The notes under the pieces are model-generated. The model was not told the origin of the DNA, made no database searches, and saw only the letters and a program-made list of their open reading frames with translations. Positions 39,616-50,270 of a stretch of DNA of 64,000 bases are shown here, in pieces (position 1 is the first letter of the stretch; each line of letters begins with the position of its first letter). The position numbers and the translations under genes were made by a program. Origin of the DNA: Candidatus Scatovivens sp. (GTDB lineage: Bacteria; Bacillota; Clostridia; TANB77; CAG-508); assembly GCA_045646345.1 (NCBI GenBank), contig JAZRKN010000001.1, forward strand, positions 192,001-256,000. Reading direction: 5' to 3'.

Positions 39616-40119
39616 TTAAAGTCCTTCTATTAGATTTACTATTATTTTGCCTAATTCTAAATCAATTTGCTTAATAACTTCGTCTATTCCCGGTAAAAGT
39701 TTTTGTTTTCCAAGTTCATCTTTTACAACATAAACATCATTACTTCCTGTTGAAAAAATATCATCTACTTTACCTAAATATTCATTTGATTCTGTATATA
39801 CATCTAATCCAATTAAATCTGCTATGTAATATACACCTTCTGGAAGTTCTCCAAAAATTTCTCTATCTACAACGATATATGAATTTCTTAAAGTTTCAGC
39901 TTCCTCTACAGTATTTATACCTTTAAATTTAATTATTACTTGATTTTTTGCATATCCAACTTTTTCAATTTCATATTCAGTTAAATTTTCTTTTCTTTTC
40001 AAAAAGACTTTTGGTATTCTTTCAAATTTAGTATTGTCATCTGTAAAAGAATTTACTTTCACTTCACCTTTTAAACCTTTTACATTTACTATTTGACCTA
40101 ATTCTAAATATTTATTCAT
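39616..40119 (-). CDS. rimM: 16S rRNA processing protein RimM
   Basis: GLKGEVKV, YYIADLIGL, TGSNDVY. Confidence 0.96.
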   Translation of the reverse strand: MNKYLELGQIVNVKGLKGEVKVNSFTDDNTKFERIPKVFLKRKENLTEYEIEKVGYAKNQVIIKFKGINTVEEAETLRNSYIVVDREIFGELPEGVYYIADLIGLDVYTESNEYLGKVDDIFSTGSNDVYVVKDELGKQKLLPGIDEVIKQIDLELGKIIVNLIEGL

Positions 40120-40132
40120 ATATTAATCATTC

Positions 40133-40363
40133 CTAATCAAGAAATTCAACATTTACTTTTTTATGTTCTTTTGTAGCAATTGCTTTCATTATTGATCTGA
40201 TTGCTTTTGCCATTTTTCCTTGTTTTCCAATTACTTTGCCCATGTCTTCTTTTGCAACTTTAACTTCATAACAAACAGATTTTGCTTCTGATTTTTCTAT
40301 AATAGATACTTCTTCTTGATTATCTACTAAATTTTTGATTACTACTTCAAGTATATCTTTCAT
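40133..40363 (-). CDS. khpA: KH-domain RNA-binding protein KhpA
   Basis: DMGKVIGKQG..AKAIR; between rpsP and rimM. Confidence 0.93.
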   Translation of the reverse strand: MKDILEVVIKNLVDNQEEVSIIEKSEAKSVCYEVKVAKEDMGKVIGKQGKMAKAIRSIMKAIATKEHKKVNVEFLD

Positions 40364-40386
40364 ATTTGCACTCTCCTTTGCAATGA

Positions 40387-40623
40387 CTATTTAGCTGCTT
40401 TTTCGATTAAAGCTTTAACTGTATCTGTTGGTTTAGCACCATTTTTGATCCATTTAGCTACTTTTTCGTTATCTAATACGATTGTAGCTGGTTCAGTCAT
40501 AGGATTGTATGTTCCTATTTTTTCAACTATTTTACCATCTCTTGGAGATTTAGAATCAGCAACTACTACGTGGTAGAATGGAGCTTTTTTCTTTCCAACT
40601 CTTTGTAATCTTATTTTTACCAT
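40387..40623 (-). CDS. rpsP: 30S ribosomal protein S16
   Basis: [22 protein letters not shown]. Confidence 0.98.
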   Translation of the reverse strand: MVKIRLQRVGKKKAPFYHVVVADSKSPRDGKIVEKIGTYNPMTEPATIVLDNEKVAKWIKNGAKPTDTVKALIEKAAK

Positions 40624-40688
40624 AATAATTCACCTCCTGAATTTTTTCATAAATTTATATTAAATTTAAAAATTTAAAAACTTAATAA

Positions 40689-42047
40689 CTAATTAAAATT
40701 TGAGAAATCTTTCAAATCATTCATGTTTAGATTTTTCATCATCTTTTTCATCATGCCTTTATTTGAAGTCATTTCTTTCATCATTTTTTGTGTTAATTCA
40801 AATGATTTCATAAATTTATTTATTTGTTCAACTGTTGTTCCGCTACCTTTAGCAATTCTTAATCTTCTACTTCCATTTAAAACTTTTGGATTTCTTCTTT
40901 CTTCCATTGTCATTGAACAAATAATAGCTTCAACTCTTACAAATTCTTTTTCATCAACTTCGATATCTTTTAGTTGATTCATTCCAGGCAACATTTTTAA
41001 TATTGATGAGAATGAACCCATTTTTTTCATTTGTCTTAGTTGAGTTAAGTAATCGTCTAAGTCAAAGTTTTGTTTTCTTAATTTCTTTTCTAATTTAGCA
41101 GCTTCTTCCATATCGAAAGTTTCTTCTGCTTTTTCTATAATTGAAAGTACATCCCCCATTCCTAAGATTCTTGATGCCATTCTTTCTGGATGAAATACTT
41201 CAATATCACTTAATTTTTCACCTGTTGCTGCAAATTTTATTGGTCTTCCTGTAATTTTCTTTACTGATAATGCAGCACCACCTCTTGTATCACCATCTAA
41301 CTTAGTAAGTACAATTCCGTCTATTCCTAATTCTTGATTAAAAGTATCAGCAATATTAACTGCATCTTGACCAGTCATTGAATCTACTACAAGTAGAATC
41401 TCATGTGGTTTTACATTTGATTTTAAATCTTTCAATTCTTGCATTAGTTCTTCATCAATTTGAAGACGTCCTGCTGTATCTATAATAACAACGTCATTTA
41501 ATTTTGACATTGCTTGAGACATTGCTTGTTTTGCAATTAATTTTACATCCTTAGTAGTCTCATTTGAATATACTGGAATGTCTAATTGTTTACCAACCAC
41601 TTGTAATTGTTTTATAGCTGCTGGTCTATAGACATCGCAAGCAACAAGTAATGGTTTCTTTCCTTGTTTTCTTATAATATTTGCAAGTTTTCCAGCTGTT
41701 GTTGTTTTACCAGAACCTTGAAGACCTACAAGCATTATTACTGTTGGTGGATTTGGTGTAAAATTGATTTTACTTTCTTCTCCACCTAAAAGGCTAACTA
41801 ATTCATCTTTTACAATTTTTACAACTTGTTGACCTGGAGTTAATGATTTTAACACATCTTGGCCTATTGCTTTCTCTTCTATTACTTTAACAAACTCTTT
41901 AACTATTCTATAGTTAACATCTGCTTCTAATAGTGCAAGTTTTACTTCTCTTAAAACATCTTTAAGATCAGCTTCTGTTATTCTTGCTTTTCCTTTTAAT
42001 TTCCTTGTAATTTCTTGTAATCTAGATGATAACCCGTCAAACGCCAT
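40689..42047 (-). CDS. ffh: Signal recognition particle protein
   Basis: GLQGSGKTT, DTAGRL, TKLDGDTRGG, M domain. Confidence 0.98.
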   Translation of the reverse strand: MAFDGLSSRLQEITRKLKGKARITEADLKDVLREVKLALLEADVNYRIVKEFVKVIEEKAIGQDVLKSLTPGQQVVKIVKDELVSLLGGEESKINFTPNPPTVIMLVGLQGSGKTTTAGKLANIIRKQGKKPLLVACDVYRPAAIKQLQVVGKQLDIPVYSNETTKDVKLIAKQAMSQAMSKLNDVVIIDTAGRLQIDEELMQELKDLKSNVKPHEILLVVDSMTGQDAVNIADTFNQELGIDGIVLTKLDGDTRGGAALSVKKITGRPIKFAATGEKLSDIEVFHPERMASRILGMGDVLSIIEKAEETFDMEEAAKLEKKLRKQNFDLDDYLTQLRQMKKMGSFSSILKMLPGMNQLKDIEVDEKEFVRVEAIICSMTMEERRNPKVLNGSRRLRIAKGSGTTVEQINKFMKSFELTQKMMKEMTSNKGMMKKMMKNLNMNDLKDFSNFN

Positions 42048-42057
42048 CTTTTCCTCC

Positions 42058-42405
42058 TTATAATAAACAATTTAAAGTTTTCTTAACTTCTTGAAGAGAT
42101 TTTAACGTTTTTTTGTCTTCAATATCTTTTTCTAATTTTTCAATTACTAATATTGATTTTTCTATTTTCTCTTCTTGCTCTATTATTTTTTTCATGAACC
42201 CTAATTTTTCTTCGTATTCGAAAAGATTGTTTTCACCTTTTTTTAAATTATCTCTAACAGCTTGTCTTGTTATCGTTTCATTTTCAGCTATTTCTGATAA
42301 AGATAAATCATTATTATAGTAGTCATCTAGAAGCTTGAATTGTTTTTCAGTTAATAGTTTTCCATAAGTGTCTAAAAGCATACTTATCTTAACATTTTTT
42401 TCCAT
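42058..42405 (-). CDS. ylxM: YlxM DNA-binding protein
   Basis: YGKLLTEKQ, DLSLSEIAE..TRQAV; upstream of ffh. Confidence 0.93.
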   Translation of the reverse strand: MEKNVKISMLLDTYGKLLTEKQFKLLDDYYNNDLSLSEIAENETITRQAVRDNLKKGENNLFEYEEKLGFMKKIIEQEEKIEKSILVIEKLEKDIEDKKTLKSLQEVKKTLNCLL

Positions 42406-42511
42406 TTGACCACCTCTTAATTTGTAATGCTAATATACTTTACACCTTTTAAAGGCTTTTGTCAATACTTTTTTCTTATTTTTTACTAATTTTTCTGTAT
42501 TTTTAGGGTTT

Positions 42512-44047
42512 TTATCTTTCTATTTTCATTATTCCTCTAAATCTACCTTCTTCATTTGATTTAGAATCTTTTGTAATTTCATTTTCTGATGTTATTAAAT
42601 CGTAAATTCCCGATATATTATTACTATTTGAATATCGTATATTTTTCTTAAATCCTTCTTCTTCAGGAGAACCTCCTGCATAATGAACTAAATCATTTGA
42701 AATTTCAATCCCCAAGTATTTTGAAAAATCTAGGGCTGCCTTTTTTTCTTTTTCTCCCATCACATCAAGGTATTTTCTTAACAATTTGTCAGGATAATTT
42801 TTATATACATTTATCGCATCTTGAGTTTCTATAAAGCTTAATGTTTTTCCTGGTTTTATATTTATTTTATCTTCTTCAAAATTCGTTTGATATTTTGCAA
42901 TCCATATACCTTCTAATTCATTTTTATTTGAAAATGCCTCTTGAATTTTATATCCAGTTAGAACAGAATTATTAGTTGGGATTTTCGTTAATTGATTTAC
43001 AAATTGAATATCAATTCCCTCTGTTGTTTCTTTATACAAATATCTTGGAATCCAAACCCAATAATTCCCATCTTTTGTTTTCGCATTTGCCATATATAAC
43101 TTTTGTTTTCCATAATTATACCAGTTGCTATCATACTCTGATGTTATTTGTTTTTCAACTCCATATTCATCCCAATAAATTCCCATCATATTATCTAATA
43201 ATACCGGTGGATTACATAACACCACTTCTAATTCTACTTGTGGATATTGAACAAAATTTGTATCTTCTACCACAAATATATATTTTCCTGAAACATCTAT
43301 ATTAAAATATATTGCATTTTCACTCTCTACATAAGAATAACTTTGAAGATTACTGCACATTTTTTTATTTTCATCATTATTTAAATAGTAGTATGCCTTT
43401 AATATTTTTGTATTACTATTTTTTAATGATAATCTAATTTTTTGTGTCAATCCTCTATTTTCAATTATCTGTAATTCTGGAACAATATTACTATTATAAA
43501 ACGAAACTAATTTCAATTTTTCGCCAAATTCACTATCATATTGTCTATATATCGTTTTTCCATTCTCTTTTATTCCATCTTTTGATATTACATTTCCAGT
43601 ATTAAAGTTTATAATAATATATAAATCTGTATTTTTTATCTTAAATATTTCTTCTATATTTTCAGGTGTAAAATAAAAATAATTAGTTATAATTGTATCT
43701 GTACTTGGATTCCAACTTTCTATGGTCGTTAAAGATAGCTCATCTATAATTTTTTGAAAATCTTCCATATGTATATTATTTTGTGAATTTGCACTTATAA
43801 ACCCTAATGATTTTAAATATGAATTAAAATTACCTGCTTCATTCGGATTATATTCTTCCCATAATTTATATTTACTTCTTATTACATTAACTTCTTCTTG
43901 AATCACTTTCATTTGTGCAACGAATTCATTAATTTTACTATTTGCAATAGCTTTATTTATTGCAAGCATTCCAATCACTAATACAAATATTATTATTAAA
44001 ATTAATCCTAGAAGTTTTATTAAAGTAACTCCACTTTCTTTTTTCAT
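42512..44047 (-). CDS. Type IV pilin-like protein with C-terminal FGE/C-type-lectin-like domain
   Basis: KESG-VTLIKLL class III-like signal; GNYWVWIPRY, GIWIAKYQ, SGIYDL. Confidence 0.65.
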   Translation of the reverse strand: MKKESGVTLIKLLGLILIIIFVLVIGMLAINKAIANSKINEFVAQMKVIQEEVNVIRSKYKLWEEYNPNEAGNFNSYLKSLGFISANSQNNIHMEDFQKIIDELSLTTIESWNPSTDTIITNYFYFTPENIEEIFKIKNTDLYIIINFNTGNVISKDGIKENGKTIYRQYDSEFGEKLKLVSFYNSNIVPELQIIENRGLTQKIRLSLKNSNTKILKAYYYLNNDENKKMCSNLQSYSYVESENAIYFNIDVSGKYIFVVEDTNFVQYPQVELEVVLCNPPVLLDNMMGIYWDEYGVEKQITSEYDSNWYNYGKQKLYMANAKTKDGNYWVWIPRYLYKETTEGIDIQFVNQLTKIPTNNSVLTGYKIQEAFSNKNELEGIWIAKYQTNFEEDKINIKPGKTLSFIETQDAINVYKNYPDKLLRKYLDVMGEKEKKAALDFSKYLGIEISNDLVHYAGGSPEEEGFKKNIRYSNSNNISGIYDLITSENEITKDSKSNEEGRFRGIMKIER

Positions 44048-44114
44048 ATTTTCTCCACCACAATCGTAATAATAAAAAAGACTTCCTATTTAAAGAAGTC
44101 CTTTTATTTCAAAA

Positions 44115-44915
44115 TTATTGTCCGTAATATTGTTGCATCATTTGATACATGTATTCACTATAATCAAATGCTTCTTGAATTTCAGGATTTCCAAAATCAA
44201 TTCCTTTTGTATCAACAGTTGCTGATTTTATTACTGGATATGTTTTAAATCTTTGAATTGCTTCATCTTCAACTTGATCAGATTCATCAGAATCTTTTGT
44301 TAATATTTCACCTTCATTGTAAAGTTTTTCAACTAAATCTAATCCATCTATTATCTTACCAAAAGCTGCATAAGCACCATTTAGTTTTGCTGAATCAGAA
44401 TTCATCATTATAGCCATCTGTGTATTTCCTGAATTATAGCTTTCTTCTGTTAATCCTGTTCCATAATCATTTCTTAATAATGTTACAGTTCCTTTTTCAT
44501 GATTTAATGTATTTTTATCAAATCCATTTAAGAAAAATTCACCAGCAATTGAATAATTATAATCTGCATCAGATCCACTTTCTATTGTATCTATCATGTA
44601 AGAAGCTTTAACTTCTGGAACAACACTATCATCTTCTCTTCCTACATATACACAAATTTCATCTTTTCCATATACCACTTTATCTGTATAAAATCCGTTT
44701 TCAACTAATCTTATTATATTTTTTACTGTATTAGGTGCATATTCTGGGTATAATTCCATTTTTATCGTACCTAAATTTTCAATTTCAAAAGTTACTTCTG
44801 GGTGAACTATTTCTGTGTTCATTGCTCTTGCAAATTGGTATACTACTCCTCCCATTGCTAAAACCACTACTATTGCCACAAGCAACCAAAAACAAATTTG
44901 TATTTTTTTTCCCAT
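44115..44915 (-). CDS. Membrane-anchored cyclophilin-like protein, degenerate active site
   Basis: ELYPEYAPNTV.N, GEF..NG, LNGAYAAFGKII; FHRVI/QGG absent. Confidence 0.8.
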   Translation of the reverse strand: MGKKIQICFWLLVAIVVVLAMGGVVYQFARAMNTEIVHPEVTFEIENLGTIKMELYPEYAPNTVKNIIRLVENGFYTDKVVYGKDEICVYVGREDDSVVPEVKASYMIDTIESGSDADYNYSIAGEFFLNGFDKNTLNHEKGTVTLLRNDYGTGLTEESYNSGNTQMAIMMNSDSAKLNGAYAAFGKIIDGLDLVEKLYNEGEILTKDSDESDQVEDEAIQRFKTYPVIKSATVDTKGIDFGNPEIQEAFDYSEYMYQMMQQYYGQ

Positions 44916-44940
44916 TTTATCCTCCTTTATCTTCTGCGCA

Positions 44941-46311
44941 TTATTTTAGCCCTAAATATTTCATTGCATCAATAATATTCTTTGCGCCTATTATATCTAA
45001 TTTAAAATTTTCTTTCAATAGTTTTTTATTACTTTCTGGAATTATGCAAGTTTTATATCCCAGTTTTTCAGCCTCTTTAATACGTTTTTCTATCATATTA
45101 ACACTTCTTATTTCGCCAGTTAGTCCTACTTCTCCAATTACTACTACATCTTCTTTTATACTAATATTTTTAAAACTAGAAGCAGCTGCCAAAACAATAC
45201 CTAAATCTAACGCTGGTTCATTAACTTTTATTCCACCAACTAAATTAATATAAACATCTTGAGACCCAAGATTCATTCCTGCTCTTTTTTCTAAAACTGC
45301 CATAAGTAATGTTAATCTATTATAATCTATACCGTTTGCATTTCTTCTAGGCATACCAAATACAGTTGGTGTTGATAACGCTTGTACTTCTAGAACCAAT
45401 GGTCTTGTCCCCTCTTGACTAACAACAATTACTGAACCACATGGGTTTCCTTCCCTTTCAGAAATCAAAAGTTGAGAAGGATTTGTTATCTCAACTAACC
45501 CTTCATTTTGCATTTCAAACATCCCAATTTCATTTGTTGAGCCAAATCTATTTTTTACACCTCTTAAAATTCTATAAGAAAAATATCTTTCCCCTTCCAA
45601 ATAAAGAACTGTATCTACCATATGCTCTAATACTCTTGGTCCAGCTATATTACCATCTTTTGTAACATGACCAATTATTATTGTTGTTATAGCTTTTTGT
45701 TTACACATTTTCATTATTCTTGCTGTAATTTCTCTTACTTGACTTACACTTCCAGCAACAGATGTTATTTCTTCTGAATACATTGTTTGAACAGAATCTA
45801 TAATAACAAATTTGGCTTCAGTATTTTCCAATGCAGCTTCTACATTATCTATATCCGTTTCTGCTAAAAATAATAAATTATCATTCTTTATTCCTAATCT
45901 ATCTGCTCTAGATTTTATTTGTTCTGCTGATTCCTCTCCAGACACATATAAAATTTTCCCATCAACTTTTACACTATTACAAATTTGAAGAATTAAAGTA
46001 GATTTACCAATTCCTGGTTCACCACCTAATAATGTTAAAGATCCAGTCACAAATCCACCACCAAGAACTCTATCTAATTCACCTAAATTTGTTTTAATTC
46101 TAAACGATTCCTTTTTTACAACTTCATTTAGTTTTACAACTTCACTTTTTGGTTTGTTTTTATCTTTTGATGAACTACCTGAACCACTTGTCACTATTTT
46201 TTCTTCAAAAAAAGAATTCCATTCTCCACATGCTGGACATTTTCCAAGCCATTTACTTGATTCATAACCACATCCATTACACACAAATACTGTTGTAGAT
46301 TTTTTTGCCAT
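44941..46311 (-). CDS. radA: DNA repair protein RadA/Sms
   Basis: CxxC zinc finger, GEPGIGKSTL, KNRFG, GEVGLTGE. Confidence 0.97.
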   Translation of the reverse strand: MAKKSTTVFVCNGCGYESSKWLGKCPACGEWNSFFEEKIVTSGSGSSSKDKNKPKSEVVKLNEVVKKESFRIKTNLGELDRVLGGGFVTGSLTLLGGEPGIGKSTLILQICNSVKVDGKILYVSGEESAEQIKSRADRLGIKNDNLLFLAETDIDNVEAALENTEAKFVIIDSVQTMYSEEITSVAGSVSQVREITARIMKMCKQKAITTIIIGHVTKDGNIAGPRVLEHMVDTVLYLEGERYFSYRILRGVKNRFGSTNEIGMFEMQNEGLVEITNPSQLLISEREGNPCGSVIVVSQEGTRPLVLEVQALSTPTVFGMPRRNANGIDYNRLTLLMAVLEKRAGMNLGSQDVYINLVGGIKVNEPALDLGIVLAAASSFKNISIKEDVVVIGEVGLTGEIRSVNMIEKRIKEAEKLGYKTCIIPESNKKLLKENFKLDIIGAKNIIDAMKYLGLK

Positions 46312-46473
46312 ACTTTATTCCTTTCACGATTTAATTTTATTTATATAAGATTTTATTTACAATTTGTTTTATCATTTGAACTATATCACATTTTGTACTT
46401 ATAAGCTATATTTTTTACCTAAAAACGTTTCCAAATTTATAAAAAAATAGAGAGAATAATTTCTCTCTATTTT

Positions 46474-48375
46474 TTATAGTAAACCTTTTTCTAATAATTT
46501 TTCTAAAGTTAACAAATACATTGCATGGCTCCAAGTTAATCCTATAACCCATGATGGTTTCATAGCATCGTTGTTAACTTGTTCTCCTAAATAGCCATGG
46601 CCAGATGCTGAATTTGTAACAAAAGCAAAATTTTCTAATGCTTTTTCATTGTCTCCAGCTTCTAAATAATACCAAGCCATCCATAATGTTGCTATTGGCC
46701 ATGGATTATATCCTCCCATATATCCATCACCTTCATATCTTATATATCCACCTGTATATGTTCTTAATGTCATATTTATTCTTTCAATAGTATTTTTCAC
46801 TTTTTTATCATTAGGAGAAAACATTCTAAACGGAACTATTGCTCCTAATAAACTTATATCAATTTTTCTATCTTTTATATTTCTTACAAAAGATTTCTTT
46901 TCTTCGTCATAGAATGTTTTTAAACAATATTCTTTTATTTCTAATGTTTTTTGTTCTAAATTTTCAATTTGTCTTTTTAAACTATCAGCTTTTATTTTGT
47001 TTGTTTCTAGAACAGGCTTTATCTCCCCGTAAATTTTTATCATAGCAGAAAACGCTGCAAATATTGTTGATATAGAATAGAAAGAAACACATTCGCATTC
47101 TTCCCATAAATCATAACTTAGTTGAAATTTTCCTTTTTCATGCAATACATCTTCTATATATTTTTCAAGAAAACTTATTGCTGTTTCACACATTTTTAAA
47201 TTATCTTTTAAAAACTTTTTATTTTTAGTAACTTTATAATGTGCATATATTCCAAAAATCACACTCGCAGTTTCATCTATCTGATATCCCCAACATGGAG
47301 CTAATCTTCCATCAGTATAAAAACGTTGTTCCCACATACCATTCTTACTTTGTGTCATTTTACAAAAAATTGAATAAAATTTTTCAGTATCTTCATACAT
47401 TGAAATTACATCAAAAGCTTCTGTAACAAAAACTCCATCTCTTGGCCAACAATATGAATATCTTCCACATTTCGTTTTATCTTCATCTACTTCTATTCCA
47501 GCAGAAATACCACCAGTTTTTTCATGAACGATTAATGGGAATAATAAAACACTTCTATTGTATATTCTTTTCACTTTTGAATTAATATCTTTTTTATTAA
47601 TTTCTAATGAATCATGTTCTTTTAAATATCTTTTCCAATATTTAATTGTGTTATTTTTTAAATTTTGTACATCTAATTTCTTTATTCTTTCAATTTCATC
47701 ATCAAGTTCATTTAACATACATTTATTTCTATTTTTATTTATATAAACAAATATAGTTATTTCTTTTTCTTCACCTGGTTTCAATTTTTTTAAATTATAT
47801 GAAATACTTGAATCTGGTGACATTCCAATATAATCTTTTCCACCAATAGAACCTTGCATAAAATTATTTTCAGCACCATTAATTTGTTTCGATGATATTT
47901 TTTCATTTGAAAATGTACATACAGAAAAATCATGATTATATTGAATAAGTGTATCATTTTTCACAAATCCTGATGTATCATTATTTAAATTTCTTAATAT
48001 TTTTGAATATATCAGAAAATTAACATTTACTTCATTTTCATTCTCATTTTTAAAAACATAATTTTTAATCAACACATTTTCAGAAATTGGCACAAAATCG
48101 GTTTGTGTAATTCTTATTTTAAAATAAGAATTAAAAATGTGTGTTTGCAATACATTAGTATCTTTAATATATTCCTGAGAATAAGTGTTATTAATATCAT
48201 TATGCAAATATATTAAAGCAGAATCATTTACTTTTATTCCTGTATGATATGTATCTACAAATTGTTTATAATCTGCAGAACCATAAAACATTCTTATCAT
48301 TTCTCCTGATTTTGTAAAACTTGCTTTAATTTTTCTGTTTCCGACTATTCCATCATTAAAATATTTGGTTCGCAT
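46474..48375 (-). CDS. Glycoside hydrolase family 15 (glucoamylase-like)
   Basis: YSYCWPRDG, QIDET, DLWEE, RYEGDGY.GG.NPW, LGEQ, LTWSHA. Confidence 0.88.
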   Translation of the reverse strand: MRTKYFNDGIVGNRKIKASFTKSGEMIRMFYGSADYKQFVDTYHTGIKVNDSALIYLHNDINNTYSQEYIKDTNVLQTHIFNSYFKIRITQTDFVPISENVLIKNYVFKNENENEVNVNFLIYSKILRNLNNDTSGFVKNDTLIQYNHDFSVCTFSNEKISSKQINGAENNFMQGSIGGKDYIGMSPDSSISYNLKKLKPGEEKEITIFVYINKNRNKCMLNELDDEIERIKKLDVQNLKNNTIKYWKRYLKEHDSLEINKKDINSKVKRIYNRSVLLFPLIVHEKTGGISAGIEVDEDKTKCGRYSYCWPRDGVFVTEAFDVISMYEDTEKFYSIFCKMTQSKNGMWEQRFYTDGRLAPCWGYQIDETASVIFGIYAHYKVTKNKKFLKDNLKMCETAISFLEKYIEDVLHEKGKFQLSYDLWEECECVSFYSISTIFAAFSAMIKIYGEIKPVLETNKIKADSLKRQIENLEQKTLEIKEYCLKTFYDEEKKSFVRNIKDRKIDISLLGAIVPFRMFSPNDKKVKNTIERINMTLRTYTGGYIRYEGDGYMGGYNPWPIATLWMAWYYLEAGDNEKALENFAFVTNSASGHGYLGEQVNNDAMKPSWVIGLTWSHAMYLLTLEKLLEKGLL

Positions 48376-48400
48376 AACTTTTTTCTCCTTTGTTTTTTTA

Positions 48401-48574
48401 TTAAAGCATTTTAGCTGTTTCTATAAACATAAGAAGTAATACGAATAACAACATACTTGAAAATAGAACTATTGTAACTAATGCAGTTAGTGATATTGTT
48501 AATGGTTTCTTTGCAACAGCATCTCCATTAGTTACTTCTATTTCCGATTTATTTAAAACATTATCTTTTTTCAT
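48401..48574 (-). CDS. 57-aa single-TM protein (not in ORF track)
   Basis: MKKDNVLNKSEIEVTNGDAVAKKPLTISLTALVTIVLFSSMFVIRITSYVYRTAKML; fills the gap between the RNase and GH15 genes. Confidence 0.55.
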   Translation of the reverse strand: MKKDNVLNKSEIEVTNGDAVAKKPLTISLTALVTIVLFSSMLLFVLLLMFIETAKML

Positions 48575-48589
48575 AAGTTTCTCTCTTTT

Positions 48590-50239
48590 CTATTTCATTA
48601 AATCTTGAATTTGTTTTTGTATTTCTTTTACCCTATCTTCCAAATTCATCAATTCATTGTCATTTGTTTCTAAATTCTTTTTCATTACTACAGATTCCAT
48701 ATCTGCAATACTTTCTTTTAATTCTTCAATTCTATCAATAATATCTAATCTTCTGAATTCTTTTCTATATGCTTCAATTTCTTGTGTTTCTTCTAACAAT
48801 GCTGGTCCATCAACTCCTAATTCATAACTTTCTCCGAAATCAGGAATTGTAACTTTACATTCACTAGAATCTTCAATTTTTCTTTTTAATTCTTCTTGCC
48901 CTTCATATTCACCATGAACTAAAAATACATGTTTTGGTGGGTTTGTAAATGACCATATAAAATTCAACAACCATGTTTGATCTGCATGTCCTGAATATCC
49001 CTCTATATATTCAACTCTTGCGTTTATAGCAATTTCCTCACCAAATATTTTTACTTTTTCAGCTCCATCTACTATTGTTCTTCCTAAAGTTCCAGGTGCT
49101 TGATATCCAACAAATAAAATTGTACTGTTTGGATTCCATAAATTATGTTTTAAATGATGTTTAATTCTACCAACTTCGCACATACCACTAGCTGATAAAA
49201 TAATTGCAGGTCTATGATCTTCATTTAATGCTTTTGATTCATCTGCTGAAGGAGTAAATTGTAAACCTCTAAATTCTAGTGGGTTATCTCCTCTTTTAAT
49301 TTTTTCTTGAATTTCTTCTTCAAACAATTCTGTATTTTTCTTAAATACTTCTGTTGCTGAGATAGCTAAAGGACTATCTACATACACTGGAACATTCATT
49401 AATTTTTCATATTTTCTAGCAAATTCTTCATCTTGGCCTAAATCTTCTTTTAATTTATCTAATTCATATAAAATTTCTTGAGTTCTACCTACAGCAAAAG
49501 ATGGTATTATGACTCTTCCGCCTTTATCTAATGTTTCAGCAACTATATCCAAAAACATTGTTGCTTTTTCATCATTCCTCATATGCAATCTATTACCATA
49601 TGTTGATTCCATAATTAAATAATCTGCACTACTTATCATTGTTGGAGAATCTAATAAAGGTAAATCATTATTTCCTAAATCTCCTGTAAATACTGCTTTT
49701 GTTGTTTTTCCATTTTCTGTAGCCCAAATTTCAATAATTGCAGAACCTAACATATGACCTGCATCATTGAATCTAACACTTATATTTTCATCTACTTCAA
49801 CAATTTCATCATATTGAACTCTATGGAATATTTCTAAAGAATTGTAAGCTTCTTCTGCAGTATAAAGAGGTGGTAATGGTTCTAACCCTTCTCTCATTCT
49901 TTTTCTATTTTTCCATTCAATTTCAACTTCTTGGATATGTCCACTATCAGGAAGCATAATTTCACAAAGATCACAAGTTGCTTTTGTAGCATATATTGGA
50001 CCTTTAAATCCTTCATTATATAATTTAGGAATCCTTCCTGAATGATCTATATGCGCATGTGTTAACAACATGAAATCAATTTCCGAAACATCATATAAAA
50101 ACGGATCTGAATTTTCTAATTCTTCTGTTATTTTTCCTTGATACATACCACAATCTACTAAGAATTTTTTACCAGCAGCCTCTACTAAAAAGTTAGATCC
50201 TGTAACGGTTCTTGCTGCTCCTAAAAAAGTTATTTTCAT
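48590..50239 (-). CDS. Metallo-beta-lactamase/beta-CASP ribonuclease
   Basis: THAHIDHSG, AGHMLGS, ESTYG, FAVGRTQE, SGHAD. Confidence 0.92.
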   Translation of the reverse strand: MKITFLGAARTVTGSNFLVEAAGKKFLVDCGMYQGKITEELENSDPFLYDVSEIDFMLLTHAHIDHSGRIPKLYNEGFKGPIYATKATCDLCEIMLPDSGHIQEVEIEWKNRKRMREGLEPLPPLYTAEEAYNSLEIFHRVQYDEIVEVDENISVRFNDAGHMLGSAIIEIWATENGKTTKAVFTGDLGNNDLPLLDSPTMISSADYLIMESTYGNRLHMRNDEKATMFLDIVAETLDKGGRVIIPSFAVGRTQEILYELDKLKEDLGQDEEFARKYEKLMNVPVYVDSPLAISATEVFKKNTELFEEEIQEKIKRGDNPLEFRGLQFTPSADESKALNEDHRPAIILSASGMCEVGRIKHHLKHNLWNPNSTILFVGYQAPGTLGRTIVDGAEKVKIFGEEIAINARVEYIEGYSGHADQTWLLNFIWSFTNPPKHVFLVHGEYEGQEELKRKIEDSSECKVTIPDFGESYELGVDGPALLEETQEIEAYRKEFRRLDIIDRIEELKESIADMESVVMKKNLETNDNELMNLEDRVKEIQKQIQDLMK

Positions 50240-50270
50240 ACTTGTACCTCCTCAATTTTCAAGTAAGCTT

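Noticed and set aside
42512-44047. Diversity-generating retroelement target
   Set aside because: No reverse transcriptase and no template/variable repeat pair seen in the window
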